From positions 9,672,001 to 9,736,000 of the forward strand of contig CM120649.1 of assembly GCA_051362555.1 (NCBI GenBank): a DNA stretch of 64,000 bases, given 5' to 3'. The notes under the pieces were generated by a model. It worked only from the letters and a program-made list of their open reading frames with translations. It was not told where the DNA came from and ran no database searches. The first letter of the stretch is position 1; each line of letters opens with the position of its first letter. The stretch comes from Lingula anatina. Taxonomy: Eukaryota; Animalia; Brachiopoda. This document shows, in pieces, positions 39,526-53,000 of this stretch. The translations under genes were made by a program, and so were the position numbers.

Positions 39526-40795
39526 ATGTCTACTGGTAGAAAAGAAACCTATGAAGAAATTGGTAGGCTTCTGGAAAGGGCAAATGAATTATGGCAGCAG
39601 CAGCGCCAGGAACATGACGAAGAGACTGAAACATCATCAGTAGTGACAACCATAGCAAGAACAATTAGTAATGAACGGATTGCAGAACACAGGCAGTTAT
39701 TTTCAAGATCGAGGACAAGGAGCTCCAGCAACAACAGAATCGGACCCAACACAACAACAGCCATCACAGCAGGCACAGCCACAGCATCAAGAACATCATC
39801 ACCACCACGTTCAGTAACAACAGTAGGCCAAGTAAGCATTATTATGAAGAAGTGAATCTGTCCATCTCTCATTCTCTGGGATTTTTGCCTATCTTTAGTG
39901 TGAGTTTAGCATTGTTTAGTAGCAGGCCTAGCTAGAAATGAAGCCTGAAAAAGCCAGTGAAGGCCTGCACTTACTTGTTGAGCAAACACCATATGTTTCC
40001 ATCTACAAGCACAGCATGCTATGTTCCGTAGGTTAGAACTCATTGTTTTGAAAATTGATGCAGAATTCCAGAAATAAAGAAATAGGATTTTATTGTGTAT
40101 ACAGGCACCAAGAACTTGGGCTTACTTGTAATCATTTCTATATCTTTACAGGGCGAAGCATTTAACCCCTTGCCATTTAACCCCTCACTTAGACCACGGA
40201 ATAGGAATAGAAGGCGCCGTTTCAGTCCATACACATTTGATCGCACTGAAACACGTGGGTATAAACTTATGAAAAGTTGGTTTGCTGTTACCCAAAAATG
40301 TCTACTGGAATCATTTTCTAGCCATTTTGGAGGATTGGAAAATTAAACACTTTGCTGAAATCCTGCAATTTCATTGAATCTGGGATTCATATGGGGTTCC
40401 TCCATAAAATGTAAAACTTTTTTCCCTACCTAACTTCCTTACCTACCCTAACTCAAATTGACAAGTCGGGTTAGTGTAAACAAACATTTTTTTAGTGTGG
40501 CCCAAGTAACAATTTCACCTGACATTCACTAGCAAATCCATGTTAAAAGTGATATTGATGATATAAATGTTTGAAATGTAAAGGTGTTAGCTGGTTTGGT
40601 AATATAATAATTTGTCATTTTATTCTGCTTGCAGAAAAAACTTTTGCTAAAACTATCGTTGTGATCCCCGAGAGAAATGTTAACACTGTACCGACAGGAG
40701 CTCAGCGAGCGCAGCTCATCAACCAGGGCTTATGGAAAGTAAAAGTTGCTGTACCTTCAGGTGGATCACTTCTAAGCAGATATGCAACAATGTAA
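39526..40795 (+). pseudogene. IS3EU second (accessory) gene, 5' exons only
   Basis: Exons 39526-39831, 40152-40254 and 40635-~40770 splice in frame (MSTGRKETYEEIGRLL... / GEAFNP...RRRRFSPY / KTFAKTIVVIP...VPTGAQRAQLINQGLWKVKV). The sequence then switches to unrelated repeat. Confidence 0.6.
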
Positions 40796-41849
40796 ACACA
40801 ATTCATGGAAAACCGAATGGCGTATGGTCATGAAACTCACAGGAGTGATCAATCTTACTAATATACAGATCAAATTCAAAAATCAACTTGATCGGTTCAG
40901 TTTTGATGAAGTTATGCCTTGTTTTGAATGTAAGTGCTTTTTCCTCAGATTCATTTCATAGGCATGTTTACAGTGTCATTAGTTAAAGAATAAGATACGT
41001 AAAACCCTTTGTTTGACATTTTTGGCATCTTTACAATATTGTTAGTTGATTATATAAAAATGGTGTAAAACCTGTTGTGATCTATTGTATAAATAAGTGT
41101 CATTGCAGTCTGTCAGATTCAATCGATCACTATGTTTAGAGTTTCAGAATGGAGCAAATATAACATTTAACATTGTTCTATTGATATTTTCTCCATCTCA
41201 ACAATTTTCTTAGTTGTTCATTTAAAAAGTATAGTAAATTTGTTTTTTTCTGTGTAAAAAGTGTTAAAAATGGAAGAAAACCCATTTGAATACAGTTCTC
41301 TCCTATTTAATTTACATTTTGGCATTTTCAAGGTGCAACTTTGAACCTCCATAGGCTAAAGACCTTTGCAAGTCACATTTTCTGAATATCCATGCTACTA
41401 ATATTTTATTATTAAAAGTTGATGGTCATACTGTTAAGCATTATATAATATTGCATCAAAATAGAAGAAAACACAATTTTGGGTGTTGCTGCCATGATGA
41501 CCATTATGGGAAATCCATGTTACTTATGATTGTCAAACATACAAAAAAGAAACCCAGCTAGGACTTGAATGCAGCACGAGTTGGTAAAGCAGTCTAATTG
41601 GCTTCTTTTTCTGGAAGTTAAACATTTTAGTGAAAAATTTATTTTTATTGTTTTGGCATATTCTTTGTGGGACTCGGATTTAACATGGGCATGAAGCAGA
41701 GTGGTAATCAAATTTTGTACATGCTATTTACAGTCAATAATAAAAAATTAGTGACAATCATTGTTATTTATTATTTAATGTTACATTAAAATTGACGGAA
41801 ATCTTTTTTCACTGCTACTACAAACATTATTTAAAGAAAAATGTTATTA

Positions 41850-42135
41850 TTTTTAACTTACAAGAATGATTTTTATAATTTGCATGCAGCTCAAATTGGA
41901 AAGGCAGCTTAATTGGGTTATTGTTTATTATTGCATTTATGCAACTTTGTGTGAAATTCATTTTTCTCATTCTGACATTTTCAAAGTGTGAACTCTCATT
42001 GGCCCCGAAGCCTTACGCTTGTTACACATTTTACTTCCATCGGAATTACCTCTTGAGCATAATTTGATGTTAAATTTGCAGTTAAGCATAATGTCCTTTT
42101 GCATCAGAATTGACAGCCTATTTTGTGCATTATTT
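41850..42135 (+). repeat. Fragment related to the small HINE at 57902-58300
   Basis: Reverse-complement similarity to ~57950-58245 (e.g. TTCTCATTCTGACATTTTCAAAGTGTGAAC). Confidence 0.7.
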
Positions 42136-42214
42136 TCTGCTTTTCTTAAATACCAATTTTTATTGGAAATTCTGAATTCTGATTTTAACATGTTTATTCA
42201 ATCTTGTCTGAAAA

Positions 42215-44238
42215 TCACTCAGTAGAAAGTATTTTATGTAGTTCTTCTCTTAGTAAAATATAGTAATTTGGATTCCACATATTATCTGTGTGACATTGTT
42301 CATAAACTTCCTCTCTTTTTGCTTCAAAGAGTCTTTCTTGTTCCTCATTTTCAAATGGTGGGGTTATGTTAGGGATAACCACCGCTTCATCTATTTCGGG
42401 ATCCAGTGGACTGTTGGGGTCCTCACCAAACTCTTGAGGGACTGACTGTAATATAAATGACAAAATGTCAGTGTTAGATTTGATTACAAAATGGCTTACT
42501 AATATCTTGAAATACGGGTGCTAAGAATTACAGTTACCTGTTGGAAATATTCTGAAGCCACCATATTGTCGGCCTGTGCAACCCTGTGCATACCCATTAT
42601 GAACAGTTGCAGTGGACTCTTATTTTGTGCAGTTCTTATCTTGTGCCGGTTCCACATTTCACTAAACTCTGTGAGCATGCTGTTCAGTTTTCCAAGGTAG
42701 ACAATATGCAGGACATATATATCTGCATCACTGGAAGGATCTAGAACATTTATATCCTCAAGATGATGGAATAGTTGATAGAAAGAATTAAGCACACCTT
42801 CGAAGACATCTCGCCATAACCGCTCGATCCTTGAGTTGTGTACGCTTTTGCTGGTGATAAAACTCCTCCATCCAGTGCCTCTGTGTATTAACATGTAGGA
42901 GGCCACATCCCGATTCTCAACTCCAAGGTCGGCCCTGACCCGAGACAGCAGACCCCATTTACCAACAGCTTCTTCAAAGGCTTTAAGGACTGTTGATGAA
43001 CGGTTATTGGGACTTGCTTTAAGGTAGACTATTAACCGACTATATCCATCAATTCCTGCGTGCACTACAAAGCACCATCTGTAAAAGATAAATATTGGCC
43101 AATTAAAATACAGTAAAAACGCCATCGGAAGGAATGTTTCCCAGAATGTGTATGTCGCTTAGGGGGGAAAACCATCACCCAGTAACAATCCTTCCAGGCA
43201 GTGACACCCTGTCTGGAATAAATTTCCCTTAAAAATATGACATCATGATTTTTTTAAATGATCCTCATTTTAAACTGAATTCTATCTTGTGAATTAACAA
43301 ATAATCTCACCTTATTAACTTATGATTACCATCTATATGCCAGAGGGCCAGGGGCGATGGAACCGAGTACTGACGTCGTCGAATTGAAGATAACCTACGT
43401 AACTGACATCTGTTTGGATCTAGCTGCTGTATGATTATACGAACACGTCTCCTTTGGACAAATATATTTTGAGAGTTAAGATGACCTTCAATTGTTCTCT
43501 CACCTAAAATAGAAAAAGCTCAAACATCAGGACAGATTTACGTGTATAGCAGCACATTAACAAAGTTTTTAATGCTCTATTCTCTACCAAGAAATTCACC
43601 TTCTTGACTTATTTTAGATCCTCACCTGCATTTGGAAAAAGCGAAATGATCCGTGATATTTCTGATTGAAGCAGGTCATCTTGAATGTCTGTGTACTGGT
43701 TTCGGACTGACAAGTTGAATTGATTCATACGATATGATATTGTGCGAGGTGATACCTGATACAGTTTTGCAATATCTGGAACTGTAAATCTATTTCCTGA
43801 AAGAAAAAATAAAAAGGAAAAATATACTTATACTGGCATTGCTCAAATTCTGACTGGTGCATTTCTTATTGATTTTCAGACAAAATTGAATCAAGGACAT
43901 TAGCAAGCCTCACCTAATAAAGATTCCAGTTGCTCCTTTCCTATTATGAATCTAGGACGACCCCTCATTCCAGTATTTTGCTCTTCGACAGCCTGAAAAC
44001 TCTGGATGTTTTCATCAGATCCTGTTGAAATTTGTTGTCGAGCTAAAGAATATGCCTTGAGGCATATCTCGATGATATCCTCCGAGACAATTATGTGCCT
44101 CCTGTACTCATATATAAGGTCCCTACATAAACACTCCAACTGCCTGTCAATAGCTACAATATCTGTTCCAGAAGTAACCTGCTGCAGCAAATTTTCAAAT
44201 CGTCGAGTTACTTCAGTATGGATTTCTCTTGATTCCAT
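42215..44238 (-). CDS. IS3EU DDE transposase (integrase-like core), 5 exons, 486 aa, apparently intact
   Basis: Exons 44238-43914, 43796-43626, 43503-43311, 43078-42538 and 42445-42215 all have GT-AG introns and total 1461 nt in frame. Motifs: RGRPRF, HTH (IAKLYQVSPRTI), WHIDGNHKLIRW, GIDGYSR, RADLGVEN and SVHNSRIERLW. Confidence 0.88.
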
Positions 44239-47200
44239 GGTGTTGCATCAGTCCTAAAAAAGAATGAAGAGTAAGAAAAATTGGAATTAAAAAGAACATC
44301 GAGGCTTGGAGAGATATGCACCACACTTTCAGGATTTCAGTGTGATTTAGGCCTACATGAATTAGATTACTGAATTTTCACAGTTACTGGTCAATCCCTG
44401 TCAGATATGTTATATGAATCTCACATAAAGCTATCTTCGTTTTTTGTCTCAATTCTTTCAGCTAGTCAAAGAAAGATGTTCTAATCTACTTTATTGGACA
44501 AAGTTGACCAGCAATACAGACTACAGGCATAATGCCCTTCCCCCTACTACCTAGGCCTATGGCCTACTACTTAATATGGCCTATGAGTATGACTGGTTTA
44601 TAAAGCTAGGACTAGGTCCTGGCTAGGCCTAAAAATAAAAGTCAAAGACATGAAATAAGATATGTGTACATGGGTATATACTAGGGAGCACACATGATTT
44701 TTTCTAATTGAGCTACAGACTTGAAATTTGGTGCGACATATTTTAGTATGAAAAAAACGTTTACATTTTTTATCTATTTTATTTAGATCATAAGTTTGTT
44801 TTAGTGACACTATGTTTATCCTTTTTTTTTTCTGCGCCATTTTCGAAAATGAGTCAAAAGTTGCCCCCATCATTTTTCATCCCCTTAATATTTATCACAA
44901 ACATTTTCCAAAGCAGAGTTATGTGCATGTGAACTAGGCAAAATGAACGATTTTTGGTGGGCAAAAGCTAGAAAATCTGTGTATTCATAAACAAGACTAA
45001 CGTTTTTTATCTCCTTAATATTGTCACAGACTTTTGAAATTTGGCACAAAATAAGTATAGGAGTTGGGCATTAACACATAGTTTTAACACATAGCATTTT
45101 CCTAAGCAGAGTTATTATCACTTCTAACTGATATATGCACACGCTCTCTACTAACTTGAGTAAAGCGTACGCAGTAAAACTTGACCTCGCAGACTAGGTA
45201 CAACAGGCGTGAAAGTGTGTGTCTAAGAGGGGGGGGGGGGGGGTGCATGGAAAAAAAATTACCAAAAAAATATTTGCCCCAATTTCCCCTGGTAAAAAAA
45301 CCTTAGTCTTTGTTCTTCTTGATGCCCTTTGCCGCCTTTTAAAAAATATTCAGTTCAAAAGTTTGCCCTTAAAATTTTCACTTCTGACCTCTTGTAGATC
45401 ACGTAAACAAAGTAAAATAGGAAGAAACAGCTGTTCTCTATCACGTGTCAAAGTTAGGCTGTTCCCGATGCAGTAGTTGAGACACGCCGTGCATTGTAAG
45501 AAGGGGTTGAAATCTGACACTCTAGGGACAGCTTTTATGGTGGTTCGCGTAATCGAACAATTAGCGCCACCTAGGGACGTCTGTGCTCCCTACATAAACT
45601 AAGAAAAGGTGAGTTTATTATTTTCTTGTTAATAATGTAGTGAAGTGTAGGCCTCTACTTGCCGGCTCCAGATAAGCCTAATTTATTTATTAGGCCCCCA
45701 GCTCAATATTAGTCTAATTATATGCCAGTTACCACAGGTAGCCAGCTATCAGTATGGCCAAATCATGTAAATGGAAGGCAAGCGAAAAGGCCATTTATTT
45801 TTTTTATAAATAAGATTAAGAAATTTGATTTTTATAATTTTTTTCAGGCCTGCCCTACAACAACAATAAGTCCTGTAGCTTCTGTTGTCACAGTTTACTG
45901 GCTAGACAGACTCCACACACAGCTAAATGCTTTTTTACCCTGAAACATATAAGTTTCCATATATCATGTTGTATACTATATAATGAGACAAATTTGTCAG
46001 GCGGAAGCCGTATGTCACTATTGTAAAGTGGTTTGAATGACATGGACTGGTTCCCCGAGTCTAATGAAGAGTAAAACACTTAGGCGGCCGTAACACCAAA
46101 GTCCAAGGCGCCGTAGGTGAAAGCAGCTTACCTTACTCTGGACTGGGTTTTTTCCTGTACGAGCAATAACCACTACTTCAGCATCCCCCAATTCTTACTC
46201 TCAGCTGCTGGATACCAGCTACAAAGGTTGAGTATATTGAGTCCTAAGGAAATAGTGGCAGGTAAAACCGTAAATTGTCCGCCCAGGTCTGTCTCAAACC
46301 GCACGTGGCTCTCAGATTTGCTGATCATGGATACTGAATTCTCCGCATTGAGTTGCGGACCTCACGATAGGTGGCGCTTTTCCAAGATAGCCAACAGATA
46401 ATACAACAACAGATCGCTGCGCCATCTGGTGTCTAATGATGTCATTACTATTCTTGCGGGATTAAACTTTTGGCGCGACGTTACACTTTTGACGAGTGGT
46501 ACTACATTATAAGATTACGGGACTACATTATTAAATGATCCAACTACATTGTTAGAAAAAAATACACTTTTGAAAAAAAATACACTCTTAAATTGCGTGG
46601 TGTATTTTATAAGATTACGGGACTACATTATTAAATGATCCGACTACATTGTTAGAAAAAAATACACTTTTGAAAAAAAAATACACTCTTAAATTGCGTG
46701 GTGTATTTTTTGCGTGAATGGCGTTCCATACCTTTGCATTGTCTGTTGAGACATTGAATGTGTCTATATGTATTCTGATCACTGTCTATGTCTTTATTGT
46801 CACTGTATGTGTTTATTGTACCACCAACGTTGGCGCTGGCGGTACACATGGTTTTAGTCCCGTCCGGTCCGTTCTGCCGGCTCCGCCGCCATGTTACCGT
46901 TACTGCTTCTCCTCCTAGACGGTAAGGGCCACGTAAAATTTGGGCTTTGTCGGTATTGGGGTCTAGGTGTGGCACTCATTGCAATGCACCCTTGTCCAAA
47001 AATGGCAAAATTAAATGCTAATTATCTACCCTACGGAAGGAATTATGGGAAAAATTTCTACAGACGGCTTTCCAAAAGTCATATGTGTAGATTTCAAATA
47101 TGCCCTTGGATTTGACCTTTGACCTTTATTTCAAGGTCAAACGGGCCAAAATTTTTTAAAAAATGAATTTTTTTACGAAAAAAAATTATTTGCGCTGTTA

Positions 47201-47256
47201 TTCAGACACCACACAGACATAACCAATAATATTATTGGAAAGTGTTACCCTTTGGG

Positions 47257-48664
47257 TACCTACTTCTCATTGATTACTATTCAAAGTACATTGATGTTGT
47301 AGAACTGAATGCCGCAACTACAACTGCTACAATCAATGCTATGAAATATGTGTTTAGTTGTCATGGCATACCTCTTAAAATCAGATCAGACAATGGACCA
47401 CAGTTTAGTTCATATGAATTCAAACAATTTTGCAAAGTGTATGATATTGAACATATGACCTCCAGTCCTCAGTACCCAGGTTCAAATGGGGAAGCTGAGA
47501 GAGCTATTCAAATTGTGAAGAAAATGTGGAAAAAAATGTGATGACAAGTATCTTGCTCTACTCAACTGCAGAACTACACCTTTGGAAGGCATAAACTTGT
47601 CCCCTTCGCAGTTGTTAATGGGACGCAGACCTAGAAACACACTGCCTGCAGCTCGAAATCTGTTAAAACCACAGGCATATAACCAACGAGAGGTGAAACG
47701 TCATTTTAGCCAGGAGAAACTAAAGCAGAAATATTATTATGATCAAAGGAAAGGTGCTAAAGAACTGAAAGCTTTCAACCCTGGAGAACATGTGAGAATG
47801 CAGCCTCATCCAGGTTCAAAAACATGGGCACCAGCCATTGTTGTTAAACGTCATACACATCCAAGATCATACATAGTGGAAGGAAATGACCGTGTATACA
47901 GACGTAATCGTCAGCATTTAAGATCATCAACAGAAAAAGCACATCACTATAACCCCAATTTTGTTGACTTGGAGCCATGTGATGAGCCATTACATTCACC
48001 TATCAAGGATCAGCATGTAGTACCTGAGGAGACAGTAACACCAACCCGAGATATTGTCAAGGATCAGTGTAAAACACCAACAAAAACAATGACATCAGCG
48101 ATTAATACCCCAAGGATTGTAACAAGATCTGGTCGTGTGGTGAAACCGCCAGACAGATTAAATTTATAACTTGTTTTTTGTGAACGATTCAGTATTAATT
48201 TAATACTACATGTGGATTTTCATGTGGACTTGCTTTAAAGCAGTTTTAAGTTATAATGCAAAGACTCAGCCAAAGACTTTTCTTTAATTTTCTTTTCTTT
48301 CATTTAAATGGACTGTTAAAGACATTCTCTGAGGAACATGAAATGATTTTAAGTTAAAGTAAAAAAAAATTATTTACAAAAGGACTAGAAGATCAGAGAC
48401 TCTGAATGCTCTTCTCACATTGAACATTGAAAGACTTTAAGTTAAAGTGAACACTCACAAAGAACTGTGAACACCAAAAACTGAATTTATTTTAATTTAC
48501 ATGCTTTTATTTACTTTATTAATCTTAGTTGATTATAAAGAGGGAGATGTAACATTTTATTTGTCTTAAGCGACCACCTCTTATTTTACAATGTTGTAAG
48601 CGACTTGAATAATACACGTGTGTTCCAGCATGGCGGCTTACAGAGTTAGCACGTTTATGTTACA
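47257..48664 (+). mobile_element. Gypsy retrotransposon copy 2, 5'-truncated (partial integrase, PPT, 3' LTR 48548-48664)
   Basis: YLLLIDYYSKY...RSDNGPQF...SNGEAERAIQ, a frameshift in an A-run near 47535, then SPSQLLMGRR...RSGRVVKPP. The PPT and LTR are as in copy 1. Confidence 0.92.
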
Positions 48665-49089
48665 CACGGGAGTAGCGGCCATAAGATACCGAAACTGAAA
48701 ACTGTCTCTAATTCGGGAACCGTTAATGCTAGAGACCCATTCTTTTTTGCATTTTGTAGAGCATGTAAAGCCCAATACTAAAGGTGGTCTCCGTTTTTTT
48801 TGTATTCCATACGGTTTTCAATTTACGCTGTATCAAAATGTACATATTGGTGGTGAAAGCAAAATTTGCAGTACGGTAATGGATAATAAATTTTGAACTC
48901 CGGAAAAATAAAACAAAAGGCTTGGCGAGGCAGACAACTTGTGGTCAAAAATGACATTATTTCATCAAATTTGAACATCTGGAACTTCAGAGCACCTCCT
49001 ATTTCAAGAATTTTGATCAAAATGACCTTTTCTTCATTTTAATTAATTTTTTTCTGTAGGAAATTTATGGCACATTATTGTAACTCCAA

Positions 49090-49945
49090 AATTATAACAT
49101 TTAGTCCCTTATATCTCCAAAACTGGCAGAGATAGGTCAATAGTTACTATTGAAGTAGAATAGGAAGTCATATACTGGCAATCTTAATGTGACCTTGAAA
49201 TTGACCTTTGACCTACTTTTCATCATGAATTGAACTTTGCAAATTTTGGTTCCCTTTTATCTCCAAAACTGGCAGAGATAGGTCCATGGTTACTATTGAA
49301 CTTGAATAGGAAGTCATATACTGGCAATCTAAATGTGACCTTGAAATTGACCTTTGACCTACTTTACACCATTTACTGAACTTTGCAACTTTTTAATGCT
49401 TTTATTTTCAAAACTGGCAGAGATACGCCCATAGTTACTCTTGAATTTGAATAGAAAGTCACTGAAGGCAATTTACGGTGACCTTAAAATTGACCTTTAA
49501 CCATGAACTGAACTTTGCAAATTTTGCCTCCCTTTTATCTCCAAAACTGGCAGAGATAGGTCCATGGTTACTATTAAACTTGAATAGGCAGTCATATACT
49601 AGCAATCTAAATGTGACCTTGAAATTGACCTTTGACCTACTTTTCATCATAAATTGAAGTTAACAAATTTTGGTGCCCGTTTATCTACTAAACTGGCAGA
49701 GATAGGTCCATAGTAACGAGTGAACTTGAATAGGAAGTCATATACTGACAATATAAATGTGTCCTTGTAATTGACCTTTGACCTACTTTTCATCATGAAT
49801 TGAACTTTGCAAAATTTGGTTCCCTTTTATCTCCAAAACTGGCAAAGATAGGTCCATAGTTACTAATGAACTTGAATATGAAGTCATTAGAGGCAATTTA
49901 CTGTGACCTTTAAATTGACCTTTGACCTACCTTACTATGAACTGA
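49090..49945. repeat. ~146-bp tandem repeat (about 6 units) inside the HINE
   Basis: GGCA(G/A)AGATA recurs at 49125, 49271, 49416, 49549, 49695 and 49841; units contain GACCTTGAAATTGACCTTTGACC. Confidence 0.9.
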
Positions 49946-50070
49946 AGTTTGATTGTACCATTTTTAGTTATATATATATTTTTGCATATTTTGAGAATTC
50001 TTGTTGATTGCATTTTTACAGCTTGTCAGGCACAAGACTGGTGTCCCTTTTTTATGTGTGTGGGGGTATA

Positions 50071-53000
50071 CAGTTTTGTGCAGAGAAGATGACATTACGG
50101 ATACGGATAATCTTACGTATCGCACATTTAACATAATTACAGGGTAAACACAATAGGCCACAATGCTTTGCGTAAGTCAGGAAGTCGGGAAGTAAGTCGA
50201 GTTGGCCTCGTTTGAGGTGATGAGTGACAGCCTTAATTGCCACCTCTCCCTCTACTGATGCTGCTGAGCGACAGCGTTAATTATCATCTCCCAAGTCCCA
50301 GCCGCTTATCTGATTATCTGCCCGACTGCACACAATCATTGTGCATCTAAATGGGGCACGCTTTCATTGTATTCGTCCTTTAGGTAGTATTTTAGATAGT
50401 ATTTTCTTTCTTAACGATGTCTTGGTTCTCAAGGCTCAGTTACAATATAAAATGTTTCTCCTAAAATTGTTTCAATAGATGTTTTTGCTGCGTGTTGTTG
50501 ATTCTGAATGTTAAAAATAAAGGATCCATAATCCTAATAAAGCCAAGGTCCCAACTACGTTTTGGACGCACGGTTTTCAGGTTACTAGCGTCCGGCTAGG
50601 ACGTAGCAAGATCGCACGTAGCGGCTGTTGATCATGTGAAAAAGTTTCTACGTGGTGTTTGCGTCCTCCAAAAGTCGCACGATGGACGTGCTCCTCACGC
50701 ACGAACTCCCACGTTTTCCCCATTTTTTTGGCCGTAGACCACACGTAGCAGCCCGTTTGTTCGGTTGGGACCTAGGCTTAAGACGGCGTATTTTACGTTT
50801 TTCCTTGAGTCATCAATTTCATCTCAAATTATTACATTGAAATGCTCACACTATTATAAATTTTGAACATATAATTGATTGCAGTTTAACCTGGCTTTGC
50901 CCTAACCTTTTAACATCATTTTCGGTCACGAAGAACAACAGGGGTCGGGTATTCTATCCAAACACGTTTTTCTTTTTTTTTTTTACTTTTAATAATGAAG
51001 CGGTGCGGAGTATTCAATTGGAGATTAAGACGACGACGATAATATCCATTGACTCGTGCATCAAATTAAATGCTTGTAGAAATGGTTTTTAAAAGGATTT
51101 TCTAAGAACATGGAGTCGGCTAAAAATGGATGATCGGAGCTTAAGCAAGCATTTAAGGAAGATAATCAACGGTCATGGTAATTGCGTGTAATCCACGTGC
51201 CCGAGTCCCTTTAGATCTTATCGGACGCTCCAAAGAATTGCGGAGATGGAGAAATGAGTGGATGATCTTATCGAAAATCTCAGTCTACCTGTGCTTTGGA
51301 GTTATTAATCTAACTTACGTGGCAGGTAAACTCTGATTAAACATGTAACCAAAATCTTTTGTTCGACTTAAAATGCCAAAGTCAAAGAAGTGCCACGTCT
51401 TACTTGTAATTTTGTCATCTTATGTGACATTTTGGCTTTACGGCTTATTTTGATTGTGGTGAAATTTTTTATCATTTTTTACCGCAATTCATTTGTCAGA
51501 AGTAACCTTCATCGATAACTACATCTACTTGCTGACCTAGCCAATCTGTGTTTATTGCACTTTTCTATTAGTGTCTGCCAGTATGGTTATATAATGTTTT
51601 CAAGGAATCTGACCGGCTACCATTACCAATAAATATGTTACAAAAATTGTTTTTTGAAATTTGTTTGGTTTGGTGCATGTATAGTCCGGTGGCTTAAGGA
51701 AAAAATCGTGACACGGCGGATAAAAGCACTAAATTTTGCATGTGGGTACCTTTTGACATACTAAATCAAATTAGAGCCGTAGCCCACGGAAAAAAATTAC
51801 CGTTTGGCCAAAAAATCCAAAATGGCCGCCAATTTATGGAATTCTATAGAAATGTGTACTTATCTATGTTGATTTTTATCAAATAAATTATTTACTCAGA
51901 GTTTTCCACACCCTTATTACCCATTTTATTCATATATGTCAGATAGCAAACAAGTTCCCTTGGACTTTTTGAAAAAATCCAAGATGGCTGTCATATGCCA
52001 TAGAAACAGCCATAGGAATACTAGTGCACAACTAATACCAGCTAGACAGATACGTTGTCCACTATCAAATTAAGTCTGCTTCTCAGATTTTTGTTGTCCA
52101 CATAATATGTTTGTGGTGAGTAACTACAAAGTGTTCTTGGGCATTTCGGAAAATCCAATATGGCTGCCATGTGCCACAGGAATTCTAGTATACGGGGGAT
52201 TCAACTAATGGCAACTGGAAAGATTAATTTTCCACTATCAAATTAAGTTTGTTTCTGGGTGTTTTCCACATCCTTTCCACCCACACAATATGTATGTGGT
52301 GAGTAACTAACATGTATTCCTGGGCATTTTGAGAAAATCCAAGATGGCCACCATATGTCATAGGAATACTTCTAGTGTTACAAAGGGTTGGAACTAATGC
52401 CAGCTAATTCACTATCAAATTCAGTTTATTTATTTTTTTAGTGTTTTACAGATAATTATTACATTGTGATACATATCTAGCAGGTAATAAATGTGCATAT
52501 TTGATCATTTTGAGAAAATCCAAGATGGACGTCATTGGCCATAGGAATACTACTGGAATTACAACTGCATATCCATGGCTTTTCATCTACTACCAGGGTG
52601 AAATTGTGTTTGCTTATCCTGTTTTGCCCATCTTTATTAGTCCTATGATATATATCTGATGGGTAAATAGTGTACATTCTTGGATATTCTGAGAAAATCC
52701 AAGATATATCTACAATTTGACATAGGAATACAAATGGGTGGGTTTCAAATGCTGCTAGAGAGGCATATGGTTTATTATACAATTACATTACCATGGGTTT
52801 GTTTTAAAAATGATTTATGTTTTTCATTCCATTTATTATTACTCCTATGATGTAAACCTGGTCTGTAGCATGTGTGTATCTTTGGGTATTCTGGAAAAAA
52901 TTCAAGATGTCTGCCTTTTGTCATTAGAATATTCGAACACATAATCAAATAATGCCAGAGATACAATGAGTACAATTTAAATGCAGTTATGAAAGACTCC

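Larger units (their letters stand above)
39000..46730 (-). mobile_element. IS3EU-type DNA transposon B with ~470-bp TIRs, 6-bp TSD CCTTTG
   Basis: TATGGAACGCC...GGCGTTCCATA. TIRs 39000-39467 and 46262-46730 are nearly identical. CCTTTG at 38994-38999 and 46731-46736. Confidence 0.93.
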
